The notes beneath the pieces are model-generated. The model saw only the letters and a list, made by a program, of their open reading frames with translations. It searched no databases and was not told the DNA's origin. 64,000 bases of DNA from an uncultured Nannocystaceae bacterium. GTDB taxonomy: Bacteria; Myxococcota_A; Polyangia; Nannocystales; Nannocystaceae. Positions 26,180 through 34,893 of this stretch are shown piece after piece. The translations under genes were made by a program, and so were the position numbers. Each line of letters begins with the position of its first letter. Position 1 is the stretch's first letter. The DNA is taken from assembly GCA_964432695.1 (NCBI GenBank), contig CAYSPB010000001.1, positions 30,138 through 94,137 of the forward strand, given 5' to 3'.

Positions 26180-26856
26180 CGTCGATGGCGTCGACGCCAA
26201 AGAGCTCGGGCGGTCGACGTGATGATGAGCGTACTGCCCACGGCGACGAACGTGGAGCCGATTGCGATCTCGGCTCGGCCTCGTCGAACTCGGCGGACGT
26301 AGTCGCTCTCGCTTTCGCCCCGCGGAGTTTGCTCCGCATCACGAAGGCCGACGGCCAGGAGCGGTGCGCCCACCGCCAGCGCTCCCACACCGCCCCCGAG
26401 CATGGCCCACGTTGCGCGGTCGGCGACGCGATCGGGACGGTCCGCCGTGCGCGTCGTGGCCGACGTCGGGGTCGGTTTCGGTCGCTCGACGATGGGGGGA
26501 GGAGGCTGCGGCTGCTCTTCGGGAGGCCGCTCTGGGTCTCCGCCGCAGCGCTCGATGTTCCGGGCTGCCTGAAAGCGATCGCGCTCGTCGAGCTCGGGCT
26601 CTTCGAGGAACTCGAAGTACGTTGGAATCGCGGCGTCGCAGTCGCCGGCAAGCCGGAGCGCCTGGGCCTCGTTGTACAGCGCCCAGCGGTCACCGGTGCG
26701 GTCGTGGAGCTCCGAGAACAGGGCCGCGGCCCGCTCGAACTGCTCGTCCTGCATGAAGGCGCTGGCTTTCTCGTAGATGGCCTCGTTCACCAGCTCGTCG
26801 GAGGCGTGCTCCGGCCCGGCGGAGCCGAGGAGGGCTGCAACGATCGCGGTGAGCAT
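26176..26856 (-). CDS. Membrane protein with a TPR-like N-terminal domain, a Pro-rich linker and two C-terminal TM segments
   Basis: 226 aa, starting 3 nt after the kinase stop. Contains a TPR-like helix pair (FERAAALFSELHDRTGDRWALYNEAQALRLAGDCDAAIPTYFEFL), PPEEQPQPPPP, then hydrophobic segments. Confidence 0.65.
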   Translation of the reverse strand: MLTAIVAALLGSAGPEHASDELVNEAIYEKASAFMQDEQFERAAALFSELHDRTGDRWALYNEAQALRLAGDCDAAIPTYFEFLEEPELDERDRFQAARNIERCGGDPERPPEEQPQPPPPIVERPKPTPTSATTRTADRPDRVADRATWAMLGGGVGALAVGAPLLAVGLRDAEQTPRGESESDYVRRVRRGRAEIAIGSTFVAVGSTLIITSTARALWRRRHRR

Positions 26857-26859
26857 CGC

Positions 26860-28407
26860 TCAGGCTCCCCCGCGGTAGGGCCGAACGCTGTCGAGGGTGG
26901 AGTCCCAACCCTTTCTGCGCTTCTTCGGCCGGCGTCTCTTTCGGCGGCGCTTGGGCTTCGAGGTCTTCGAAGCGGTGGCTCGTTTGGTTTCCGCATCGTC
27001 CTCGGACGGCGTAGACGACGTGTCGGGCGCGGGTTCCGGCGGCGACGGTGGGGCAACCTTGCCGACCGATGTCGGCTTGGTGCGCGCCGATGCGGGCGCC
27101 CGCTCCATGGGGGGCGGCGCACCGACGGACACCTCCGGGGCGACCGACGCGGGCCGGGTCTCGACCGGGATGTCGTCTGGCACCGCCCGTCGTTCGGGAC
27201 CTTTACTCGCGAGACTCAACCCGGCGGCGCAGACGAGGGACGCTGGGATGATCGCCCGGATCCACCAGTTGATTCGACCGCGGTGACGATAGACCGGCGG
27301 CCGACGAATCGGAAACTCGACCGTCTGCATTGCCGACAGACTGATCTCGTCCCCGTCGTCGTCCGCAATCCCCGGCTCGTACTCGGGCGGGAGAACTTCT
27401 GTGTCTCGCAGCTCGAGTGGATCGTGAGGCGCTGGGACTTCGTACGCAGCGATCCGCTCTTCGTCCGGGAACCATCGATGCAGGGCCCGTTGGATCGACG
27501 CTTCAGAGATCTCCAGGCCGGCGTCGTCGGCAAACGCCTCGAGCGCCTCGCAGATTTCCAAGGTGGTGCTGTAGCGGTCGCGTCGTTCGGTGGCCATTGC
27601 CCGCACGACGATGTCGTTGAGGCCGGCGGGGCATCGCGGATCGATGTCGCGGGGCGTGGGAATGTCGCCTCGGAGGATTCGCCCCATGGTGCGGAACTCG
27701 TCACTGCCGGGGAGCAGCCGTCGCCCGAGCATCATCTCGGCCATGACCACGCCCAGGCTGAAGATGTCCGCCCGGCGATCCATCGGCTCGCACCGGTACT
27801 GCTCCGGCGCCATGTAGCCGAACTTGCCCTTGATCGCGCCTCCGATGGTGGTGAGGGATCGGGCGGTCGCCTTGGCGATGCCGAAGTCGGCGAGCTTCAC
27901 CTGGCCATCGAATGTCAGGAGGATGTTCGATGGCGTGACGTCGCGATGCACCAGCCCCAGCGGGATGCCGTCGGAGTCCTTCGCTTCGTGGGCGAGATGG
28001 AGTGCCTGGCAAAGGTGGTACGCGATCGAGACCGTCGCCGCGAGCCCGGGCCCGCCCGACGATGCGCTGCGACGCAGGAGCTCGCGCAGGCCGGGGCCCG
28101 ACACGTATTCCATCGCGATGTAGCCCTCGATCTCCGAGAACCCCTCCACCCGCACGATGTTCGGATGGTCGAGCCCTTCGGCAACCGTGGCTTCGCGCCG
28201 CAGCATCGCCTCGAAGCCCGGCTCGTCCCGCAGCGACGGGTGCAGGACCTTGATGGCGAACAGTTTTCCGACCGCGTCGGGCGCGATCGAACGGGCCAGG
28301 TACACCTCGGCCATCCCGCCATGCCCGATCCGTCGCAGGAGACGGTACGGACCGATGTGGATAGGCTGGTTGGCGAGGCTGTCGAGATCTGCAAGCGGGC
28401 CGATCAT
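26860..28407 (-). CDS. Hanks-type Ser/Thr protein kinase with one TM and a Pro-rich, polybasic C-terminal tail
   Basis: The ATG at 28407-28405 overlaps the sigma-factor TGA as ATGA. Motifs are GHGGMAEVY, FAIKVL, HRDVTPSNILL, DFGIAKA and GYMAPEQ. TM is WWIRAIIPASLVCAAGLSLA. The tail ends KPKRRRKRRRPKKRRKG. Confidence 0.9.
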   Translation of the reverse strand: MIGPLADLDSLANQPIHIGPYRLLRRIGHGGMAEVYLARSIAPDAVGKLFAIKVLHPSLRDEPGFEAMLRREATVAEGLDHPNIVRVEGFSEIEGYIAMEYVSGPGLRELLRRSASSGGPGLAATVSIAYHLCQALHLAHEAKDSDGIPLGLVHRDVTPSNILLTFDGQVKLADFGIAKATARSLTTIGGAIKGKFGYMAPEQYRCEPMDRRADIFSLGVVMAEMMLGRRLLPGSDEFRTMGRILRGDIPTPRDIDPRCPAGLNDIVVRAMATERRDRYSTTLEICEALEAFADDAGLEISEASIQRALHRWFPDEERIAAYEVPAPHDPLELRDTEVLPPEYEPGIADDDGDEISLSAMQTVEFPIRRPPVYRHRGRINWWIRAIIPASLVCAAGLSLASKGPERRAVPDDIPVETRPASVAPEVSVGAPPPMERAPASARTKPTSVGKVAPPSPPEPAPDTSSTPSEDDAETKRATASKTSKPKRRRKRRRPKKRRKGWDSTLDSVRPYRGGA

Positions 28408-29102
28408 GACGTCGCGCCCGAAGCCAGCGCCCGGCTCCAGTCTTGCGTTGCGTGGATCGATCGCGTCCACGCGGTGAGGTCCTGCATCACGAGACTCGCC
28501 AGTTGATTCGACGGCCGCAGCTCATCCATGAAGGTGCGCAGCAGTACGCGCGTTCGGGCGAGCCGGGTCGTGACGGTGGTGACCGTGATGTTGAGTGCCT
28601 CGGCGATCTCTCGGCTGGACTTTCCGTCCGCGTAGTACAGCTCGAAGACGGCTCGCTGTGGTGCTGGCAGTTGGGAGATCGCGTAAAGCAGGAGCTGCTG
28701 CTCCTGGCGTCGGGCCACGAACCGACTCGGCGTCGTCATCGAGGGGGGCTCGTATTGGCTCTCGTCGAAGGCGTCCTGTGATGGGCCTCGGTATCGATCG
28801 CGTCGCTGCTGCGCGAGCTGGCGGCGTGCAATCGAGAACACCAGCGTTCGAAACGACGAACGTCCTTCGAACCCATCGAGCGCCTTCAGGCAGCCGATCA
28901 GAGTTTGCTGCGTGAGGTCGGCGGCGTTCTCGGGATCCCTCGCCTCGAAGTACCGCCGAACGGCCGCGTAGTGGCGTTCGAAGAGAACACCTCGCGCTCG
29001 TGCATCGCCTTGCTGAACTCGCCGTACGAGTTCAGCGTCCTTGACTGTGCCGGTGCCCCTCCCCGCACCGGTCCTACCCGGTTTGCAATCAGACTCGAAC
29101 AT
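28404..29102 (-). CDS. ECF-type sigma-70 family sigma factor with a roughly 45-aa C-terminal extension
   Basis: Region 2 (RRVQQGDARARGVLFERHYAAVRRYF ... DLTQQTL) and region 4 HTH (SSREIAEALNITVTTVTTRLARTR) are present. No anti-sigma ORF is adjacent. Start position is approximate. Confidence 0.85.
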   Translation of the reverse strand: MFESDCKPGRTGAGRGTGTVKDAELVRRVQQGDARARGVLFERHYAAVRRYFEARDPENAADLTQQTLIGCLKALDGFEGRSSFRTLVFSIARRQLAQQRRDRYRGPSQDAFDESQYEPPSMTTPSRFVARRQEQQLLLYAISQLPAPQRAVFELYYADGKSSREIAEALNITVTTVTTRLARTRVLLRTFMDELRPSNQLASLVMQDLTAWTRSIHATQDWSRALASGATS

Positions 29103-29416
29103 CCCCGCTACCCCAGCAAGGATGGTTACGCGCCGGGAGCAGCGGTGTCATCCTCCATTCGCGCAGATACGAAGAGATCCTCGGTTCTGTTCGAGCAGTA
29201 GTTGTGTCGCTCCTCGCGGGGAGATCAGTTCCGTCGATTTTCGAGCTATCTTCGGCCGACCTGGATCCGAACCTGCGGCCGCAACGCGAACGACCGGCCG
29301 GTGAAGATCGACCGCGACACCACGTGCATCGTGCCATCACGGCCGGAGGGTCGCCTGTCTCCCGAGGGCATGCCGCGGCGGGTCGATCCGGCCGCGGCAC
29401 GTCCTCGTCGTCGACG

Positions 29417-30910
29417 TCAGCCGAGCTGGATGTCCCCGAGCAGCATCTCGAGGATCGTGGCCACGGGGAAGCCGCTGCCGCCTGGCGTGGTCACGCCGTG
29501 GGCCTTGTTCGCCATCGCCGGGCCCGCGATGTCGACGTGCATCCATCGTTTACCTTCGATGAACTCGCTAAGGAACAGTCCGGCCGTGAGCGCGCCGCCA
29601 AACCGCTCTCCGGTGTTCTTCATGTCGGCGATCTTGCTTTGGAGCTGCTCCTTGAGCTTCGCCTGCAGTGGAAGGCGCCACATCAGCTCGCCGCTTCGGT
29701 CTGCTGCAGACATCCAATCGGCTGCCAGACGCTCGTCCTCGGTCATCACGCCCGCGATGTACGGCCCGAGCGCCACGATGCAGGCGCCGGTCAGCGTCGC
29801 GAAGTCGATCATCAGGTCCGGTTCCAGCTTGGAGCCGTAGACCAACGCGTCGGCCATGGTGAGTCGGCCCTCGGCGTCGGTGTTGTTGACCTCGACGGTC
29901 TTGCCGTTGGAGGCGGTGAGAACGTCGCCAAGCCGGTACGCATGGCCGCTCACCATGTTTTCGGTCGCTGCGACGAGGACGTGCACTTCGTACGAGACGC
30001 CGAGCTTCACCAGGCCCTGGAACGCACCGATCACCGCGGCCGAACCGGACATGTCCAGCTTCATGTCGAGCATGCCCGCGGTCGGCTTGATCGAGTAGCC
30101 GCCGGAGTCGAAGGTGACCCCCTTGCCGATCAGGACGATGCGCCCCTTGGAAGTGCCTTTTGGCGTATAGCTGAGGTGGATGAACTTGGGGGGTTCGGCG
30201 CTGCCTTTCGCGACCCCGAGGTAACAACCCATGTTCCGGGCTTCGCACTCGGCCTTGTCGAGCACGGTCAGCGAGACGTTCGCGTCACCGGCCGCGTCGA
30301 CGATTTCCTTGGCTGTGTCGGCGAGGAACGTCGGCGTCACGAGCTCGGCCGGACCGTTGGAAAGGTCGCGCGCGCGGGCAATCGCCGCTGCGATGACCTG
30401 TCCCGAATCCGTCCCTTCGGCGGGCGCTGTCGTCGAAGCCCACACGGTGACGGTCGCAACCGAGCTGGGCTTCGCTTCGCTCAGGAAGCGGTCGTACGCG
30501 TACGTGCCGAGCTCGAGGCCCTGCGCAAACAAGCGACCGTCACGCTGCGCATCGTCGCTCGGGCTCCAGTCGATGCTCGATGACTGCAGATCGAGCACAA
30601 CATGCGTGCCACCGGTCTTGGCGGCTTCTCGGACCGCGTCGTGTCCGACCTGACGCAGCGACTCGGCGTCGACGAGACCGTCACCCGTGCCGAGCAAAAG
30701 AACCCGCTCGAGCACGTCACCATGCGCACGGGTGAAGTCGAAGACCTCGGATGCTTTGCCTTTGAAACGTGCGGCTTCGATCGCAGCCCGCACGCCTGCC
30801 CCGAAACGGGCCTCGAGAACGGAAGGATCGAACTCGGCTCGCACGGGAACGGCGAGCACCTGACCTGCCGCAGGCTGCGGCTCTTCGGTGGTCCACTGAA
30901 TTTTGAGCAT
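29417..30910 (-). CDS. pepA: Leucyl aminopeptidase (M17 family)
   Basis: 497 aa. Has the NTDAEGRL signature, VLIGKGVTFDSGGYSIKP, and metal/bicarbonate site residues in the typical order. Confidence 0.93.
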   Translation of the reverse strand: MLKIQWTTEEPQPAAGQVLAVPVRAEFDPSVLEARFGAGVRAAIEAARFKGKASEVFDFTRAHGDVLERVLLLGTGDGLVDAESLRQVGHDAVREAAKTGGTHVVLDLQSSSIDWSPSDDAQRDGRLFAQGLELGTYAYDRFLSEAKPSSVATVTVWASTTAPAEGTDSGQVIAAAIARARDLSNGPAELVTPTFLADTAKEIVDAAGDANVSLTVLDKAECEARNMGCYLGVAKGSAEPPKFIHLSYTPKGTSKGRIVLIGKGVTFDSGGYSIKPTAGMLDMKLDMSGSAAVIGAFQGLVKLGVSYEVHVLVAATENMVSGHAYRLGDVLTASNGKTVEVNNTDAEGRLTMADALVYGSKLEPDLMIDFATLTGACIVALGPYIAGVMTEDERLAADWMSAADRSGELMWRLPLQAKLKEQLQSKIADMKNTGERFGGALTAGLFLSEFIEGKRWMHVDIAGPAMANKAHGVTTPGGSGFPVATILEMLLGDIQLG

Positions 30911-31176
30911 GGGAATCGTCGTCGACGGTCGGGATGAGAATCGCGCGCGTTTTTCGCACTGTGCGCGATGCGGGGGTCACTTTAGCGCACGGCGCTGCAT
31001 GTGCGAAACGCGCGTCAAGAGGAAAAAACTCAGCATCTTGGGCAGGTTGCGCGATTCCCGACGTTGTGCGCTGATGTGAGATATCAGTGATGCTTAACTC
31101 GCTATCACGATCACTCAACTTCCCACCACGATCCATTACCTTCGCCTAATTGCATGACAAAGATGGCTAATTATTA

Positions 31177-31205
31177 TTGACATGCGCTGATCCCGACCGT
31201 AAGGT
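31177..31205 (+). promoter_or_regulatory. Candidate sigma70-type promoter with an AT-rich UP-like tract for the H1-like gene
   Basis: TTGACA (31177-31182), a 17-nt spacer, then TAAGGT (31200-31205). It is preceded by the most AT-rich stretch in the window (ctaattattat), about 40 nt upstream of the ATG. Confidence 0.4.
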
Positions 31206-31246
31206 CCGGACGTACCGTTGCCCCTTTGAAGGAGGGCCAGATTTCT

Positions 31247-31645
31247 ATGTCCGCAGCAGCAACAGGGGCCAAAAAGGCCACCCGCCGAAAGACCACCAAG
31301 AAAAAAGCCGCCAAGAAGAAGGTGGCCAAGAAGGCCGCCAAGAAGAAGGTCGCCAAAAAAGCTACCAAGAAGAAGGTAGCTAAGAAGGCTGCCAAGAAGA
31401 AGGCCGCGAAGAAAAAGGTCGCCAAGAAAAAGGCCGCCAAGAAGAAGACCGCCAAGAAAAAGGTGGCCAAGAAGAAGGGCGCCAAGAAGAAGGTGACCAA
31501 GAAGAAGGCGGCAAAAAAGAAGGTGGCCAAGAAGAAGGTCGCCAAAAAGGCGGCGAAGAAGAAGGTGGCCAAGAAGAAGGTCGCCAAGAAGGCCGCCAAG
31601 AAGAAGGTCGCCAAGAAGACCGCAAAGCGCCGCACCAAGAAGTAG
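31247..31645 (+). CDS. Histone H1-like lysine/alanine-repeat nucleoid protein
   Basis: The ATG at 31247 has the SD sequence GAAGGAGG about 11 nt upstream; the track start at 31226 is a TTG inside the SD region. The 132-aa product is almost entirely KKAAKKKVAKK repeats. Confidence 0.8.
   Translation: MSAAATGAKKATRRKTTKKKAAKKKVAKKAAKKKVAKKATKKKVAKKAAKKKAAKKKVAKKKAAKKKTAKKKVAKKKGAKKKVTKKKAAKKKVAKKKVAKKAAKKKVAKKKVAKKAAKKKVAKKTAKRRTKK
31270..31630 (+). repeat. Coding short-period repeat (AAGAAGGyssCCAAG units encoding KK[AV]AKK)
   Basis: Direct reading of the sequence. The antisense frame yields the artefactual FFLAAFLATFF ORF. Confidence 0.85.
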
Positions 31646-31672
31646 GCCTCAGGCCTCGCATCTGTGCGAATC

Positions 31673-31715
31673 CCGCCGCCGCGCTCCGGTCTCCGGAACG
31701 GCGGCGGATGCTTTT
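31673..31715 (+). terminator. Rho-independent terminator downstream of the H1-like gene
   Basis: A 9-bp GC stem ccgccgccg (31673-31681) pairs with cggcggcgg (31699-31707). An inner 5-bp stem is tccgg/ccgga. It is followed by atgcTTTT. A second hairpin (agcgccc 31717-31723 with gggcgct 31744-31750, then TTTG) follows. Confidence 0.55.
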
Positions 31716-31822
31716 AAGCGCCCTCCCTTCACGCTGCGGACGGGGGCGCTTTTGCGTTGTTGGCTCGCTTGGCCTTGGGCCCGCTGGCGGTGTTCGCGGG
31801 AGCTAGGTTCCGGAGATGCGCT

Positions 31823-32581
31823 CTAGCCCAGCTCGAGGGCGTCGGCAGCGGCGCTGAGGTTGGAGAGCGCCTTGGGTCCAGCGAACACGAGCGTGGCAGC
31901 TCCGACCACATCGACATGGTCTGCCAGTGCGTCGAGCTGGTCGGCGGAGAGACGTGGACGGCGCCCCATCGCGTCAACGCGGAGCCATGCCTGCGGATGG
32001 TAGAGGACTTCGGGATCCGCACCCTCGTTGTTGGGCCGACCGGCCACGAACGCAGGCCCCATGGGCGTCACGCCGAGCGACCGCGCGAGCGCCGTCGTCT
32101 CGGTGGGGCCCCAAAGACCCTCGGGCTCCCAGACGAGCTCGAAGCCGTCGGCGCGGCGGGCCTCGGTGAACGCTTGCAGGCGTTTTCGCCCGATGGCGCC
32201 CGGGGTGATCGAGGTGGGCGTGCGAACGACGATGCGTTTGGCACCCAGCGCGTCGTAGCAGGGGCGCACGGCTTCCCAGGCGCGCGCGACCTCATCGGAG
32301 GCCTGAAGTCCACCGAACTTGCGCGGCTCGCCTTCGAGGGTGCGGGAACTGAGACCGCGGAGGCCGTCATCGGGGCCGTGCGAGAGCAAGTGCCACGCGT
32401 AGGGAATGACCTCGGCGTTGGGGAACAAGCGGCGGACCTGGGTGGCCCATCGCATGGCGGCGCTGGCTCGTGGGGGCTCGAACAGCGTGCGCTCGAGCAG
32501 GACGTGCGAGACGTCCGGCAGCGGTTTTCGCTGACGACGGGCGTTGTTGTCGGACAGCAGGACGGCGAGAGAAACGGCCAT
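31823..32581 (-). CDS. DUF72-like (UPF0759) protein
   Basis: 252 aa. The segment IVVRTPTSITPG..RLQAFTEARRADGFELVWEPEGLW resembles the DUF72 pattern (QlPpsf ... vEfRh.sW). Family assignment is tentative. Confidence 0.45.
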   Translation of the reverse strand: MAVSLAVLLSDNNARRQRKPLPDVSHVLLERTLFEPPRASAAMRWATQVRRLFPNAEVIPYAWHLLSHGPDDGLRGLSSRTLEGEPRKFGGLQASDEVARAWEAVRPCYDALGAKRIVVRTPTSITPGAIGRKRLQAFTEARRADGFELVWEPEGLWGPTETTALARSLGVTPMGPAFVAGRPNNEGADPEVLYHPQAWLRVDAMGRRPRLSADQLDALADHVDVVGAATLVFAGPKALSNLSAAADALELG

Positions 32582-32667
32582 GCGGAGCCGGGCACGCTAG
32601 CAGCCTCGGATGCGACCCGCCACGCCGACGCACCGGTTTTTTTCCCCGGCGAGGAAGCCCGTAGACG

Positions 32668-34230
32668 TCAGTTTCCGGGCTTGTAGCGGGGGACCCACAC
32701 GGTGACGACGGTGCCGCAGTCCCCGTTCTTGTCCAGCGTCACGCGGCCCTTGAGGCTGCGCACGATGTCGTGGACTACGGGTAGACCCAAGCCGGTGCCG
32801 CCCGAGCCCTTCGTGGTGAAGAACGGCTCGAAGACCCGCGCTCGCAACTCGTCGTCGATTCCTGCGCCGTCGTCTCGAACTTCGAGCACCCCCCAGTCGT
32901 GCTCGTACCAGGTGGAGACTTGGATCGACCCGCGCTCTCCTCCGTCGCCATCACCCAGGGCGTCGATGGCGTTGGTCAGGAGGTTCAACGCGATCTGGTG
33001 CACCTCGTCCTTGTCGGCGTGCACGATCACGTCGTCGTCACCGCGCTGTTCGAAGGTGAGCTTGATGCGCCGCAGCCGACCTGCTCGACGAAGCAGGACG
33101 AGGATGCCGTCGATCGAGTCCGCCAGCACCACGGCGCCCCGCGTACGCACCCGAGGCCGCAGAGGTTCGAGGATCTGCTCGACGTGCTCGTGCACCCGCC
33201 GAACGCTCTCCCGCATGATGCCGATCATGCCCGAGCCGACCGGATCGGCTTTGCCCTTCTCGATCATCGTCAGGTAGCCGATGAGGGGGCCCAGCTCGTT
33301 CTTGATCTCATGGGCTGCGCTGCCTGCGAGCAGCCCGATCGTCGCGAGACGGTCGGCTTGCTGCAGCTGCCGGCTGAGCTGCTCGTACGCCGTCTCGTAG
33401 TAGAGCAGCGCGATGACGTAGCGCGTTCGCGTCTCGCCATCGACGGCCGGCGTCTCGCAGACCGAGAGGCTCATCTTCGCGGGCAGGTGCCGGCCGCGTC
33501 CGGCGTGCACCGTAATCTCGCCCCGCCAGTGCCCATTGCCCAAGGGGCCGCGCGCCAGCTCGATGACGCGGTCCTGAATGTCGCCCTCGGTCGGGTGGGG
33601 CTCGAACAGCACCCGGATGTCGATGTCGAGTAGCTCGTACAGCGGTTCTCCGACCAGCGCGACGAAGCTCTCCGAGGCGTCAACGAGCCGACCGTGTTCG
33701 TCGAGCACCAAGATGCCCTCGACCGCCCGGTTGTAGAGCACCGAGAGCAGCATCGCGGTTCGCTGGTGGCGAATGGCGAGCTGGCGGTGCTCCTCTTGAA
33801 GCCGCTGCTGCGCGTGACGTTCGACCGCAGACTCGACCCGCTTCGCGGCCGCCCGCGCGACCGTCTCCAGCAGCTGTGCCCGCGAGACAGGCTTGGTCAG
33901 GTAGTCGAACGCGTGCTCCCGTACGGCTTCGGCAGCCGCCTGCACGCTCTGGTCTGCAGTCACAATGATGACCGGGAGATCGGGATCCTGCGCTTCGATG
34001 TGCTTGAGCAGATCGAGTCCCGTGCCGCCGGGCATGAGCAGGTCGGTGACGACGACGTCGAAGCCCTCGGCCTCTGCGAACTTCTCCTTCGCTTGATCGA
34101 GATCCCGCGCGACCGTGACCTCGTAGTCCGCCTTGCGCAACGACAGCGCCAGGGCGTGTACGACGAGCTGGTCGTCTTCGACCAGGAGGACCGAGCCGAT
34201 GGCTTTGGGCGCGTCGATCAGTTCATTCAC
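32668..34230 (-). CDS. Hybrid sensor: N-terminal receiver, PAS, HisKA and HATPase_c histidine kinase
   Basis: The GTG at 34230-34228 overlaps the upstream TGA as GTGA. REC motifs are VLLVEDD, VVVTDLLMPGGTG and LTKP. A PAS-like middle region is present. H-box is SAAHEIKNELGPL, N-box LNLLTNAIDA, G-boxes RDDGAGI and GTGLGLP. Confidence 0.9.
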   Translation of the reverse strand: MNELIDAPKAIGSVLLVEDDQLVVHALALSLRKADYEVTVARDLDQAKEKFAEAEGFDVVVTDLLMPGGTGLDLLKHIEAQDPDLPVIIVTADQSVQAAAEAVREHAFDYLTKPVSRAQLLETVARAAAKRVESAVERHAQQRLQEEHRQLAIRHQRTAMLLSVLYNRAVEGILVLDEHGRLVDASESFVALVGEPLYELLDIDIRVLFEPHPTEGDIQDRVIELARGPLGNGHWRGEITVHAGRGRHLPAKMSLSVCETPAVDGETRTRYVIALLYYETAYEQLSRQLQQADRLATIGLLAGSAAHEIKNELGPLIGYLTMIEKGKADPVGSGMIGIMRESVRRVHEHVEQILEPLRPRVRTRGAVVLADSIDGILVLLRRAGRLRRIKLTFEQRGDDDVIVHADKDEVHQIALNLLTNAIDALGDGDGGERGSIQVSTWYEHDWGVLEVRDDGAGIDDELRARVFEPFFTTKGSGGTGLGLPVVHDIVRSLKGRVTLDKNGDCGTVVTVWVPRYKPGN

Positions 34231-34832
34231 GGTGTCATGCCCTCGTACTTGATCGTCAGGGTGTCGCCGTTGACGACACACGCGCCCTCGGTGTCGAGGA
34301 TGGCCGCGATGTTGTCGAGTGCGGGCGCGGGCCATTCGACCAGCTCGCCGCCGGGTCGGTGTAGCTGTAGCGTGATCGCAGGGGAGATGATGACCACGCG
34401 GGCGGTGCAGGGGCCGGGGCCGTTCGTGCCCACCGCTTCGATCATGCCCAAGAACAGCGCGACCAGCGAGAACTCGAGGCAGCCGGGTCCCTCGAAGTCG
34501 ACCTCGACATGCGTCCCGAGCTCAATGCGATGTCGCTCGAGTCGGCGACCGAACATCGGCGTAATCCGGCCGAGCGATGCCGACACCTTGCCGGTTCGTC
34601 CCACGTTGCGGACGACCGACGCGTACGAGTGGAGCAGCGTTCGCATGCGCTCGGTGGCCTCCAAGCACTGGCGCGCGCGCCGGGGCCCTTCCTCGGGATC
34701 GTCGTCATCGAGCCCGAGCTCACACAGGACCGTGATCGACTGAAGCGGATTGCTCAGGTCGTGCGTGAGGATCGCGGCGAGGCCGAGCAGGGCACTCCGT
34801 TCCGCGCTTGCTTTCCGTCCGTCCCCGTCCAC
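34227..34832 (-). CDS. DHp (HisKA) protein with a degenerate CA-like domain; candidate ChpT/Spo0B-type histidine phosphotransferase
   Basis: An in-frame GTG at 34832 gives a roughly 201-aa product. The rest of the 344-aa ORF overlaps trmB antisense and is non-protein-like. H-box is AAILTHDLSNPLQSI. I find no N-box Asn and no G1/G2 glycine motifs in the C-terminal half. Start position is uncertain. Confidence 0.55.
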   Translation of the reverse strand: MDGDGRKASAERSALLGLAAILTHDLSNPLQSITVLCELGLDDDDPEEGPRRARQCLEATERMRTLLHSYASVVRNVGRTGKVSASLGRITPMFGRRLERHRIELGTHVEVDFEGPGCLEFSLVALFLGMIEAVGTNGPGPCTARVVIISPAITLQLHRPGGELVEWPAPALDNIAAILDTEGACVVNGDTLTIKYEGMTP

Positions 34833-34893
34833 CGCCGAACTGTATCGGAGGCCCCCTCGTCGGCACCAGCGGGTGTATGGTCGCTGGCCGACA

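Noticed and set aside
26089-28506. An 805-aa plus-strand ORF across the kinase/sigma operon. Similar long ORFs occur at 47576-48748(-), 48814-50253(-), 59023-60618(-), 60697-62277(-) and 44285-45757(-).
   Set aside because: All are Arg-rich mirror frames of genes with clear kinase, TPR or sigma motifs on the other strand.
31174-31638. A 154-aa minus-strand ORF made of FFLAAFLATFF repeats, which looks like a bizarre membrane protein.
   Set aside because: It is simply the reverse complement of the AAG/GCC-rich lysine-alanine repeat. The plus-strand gene has the SD, promoter and terminators.
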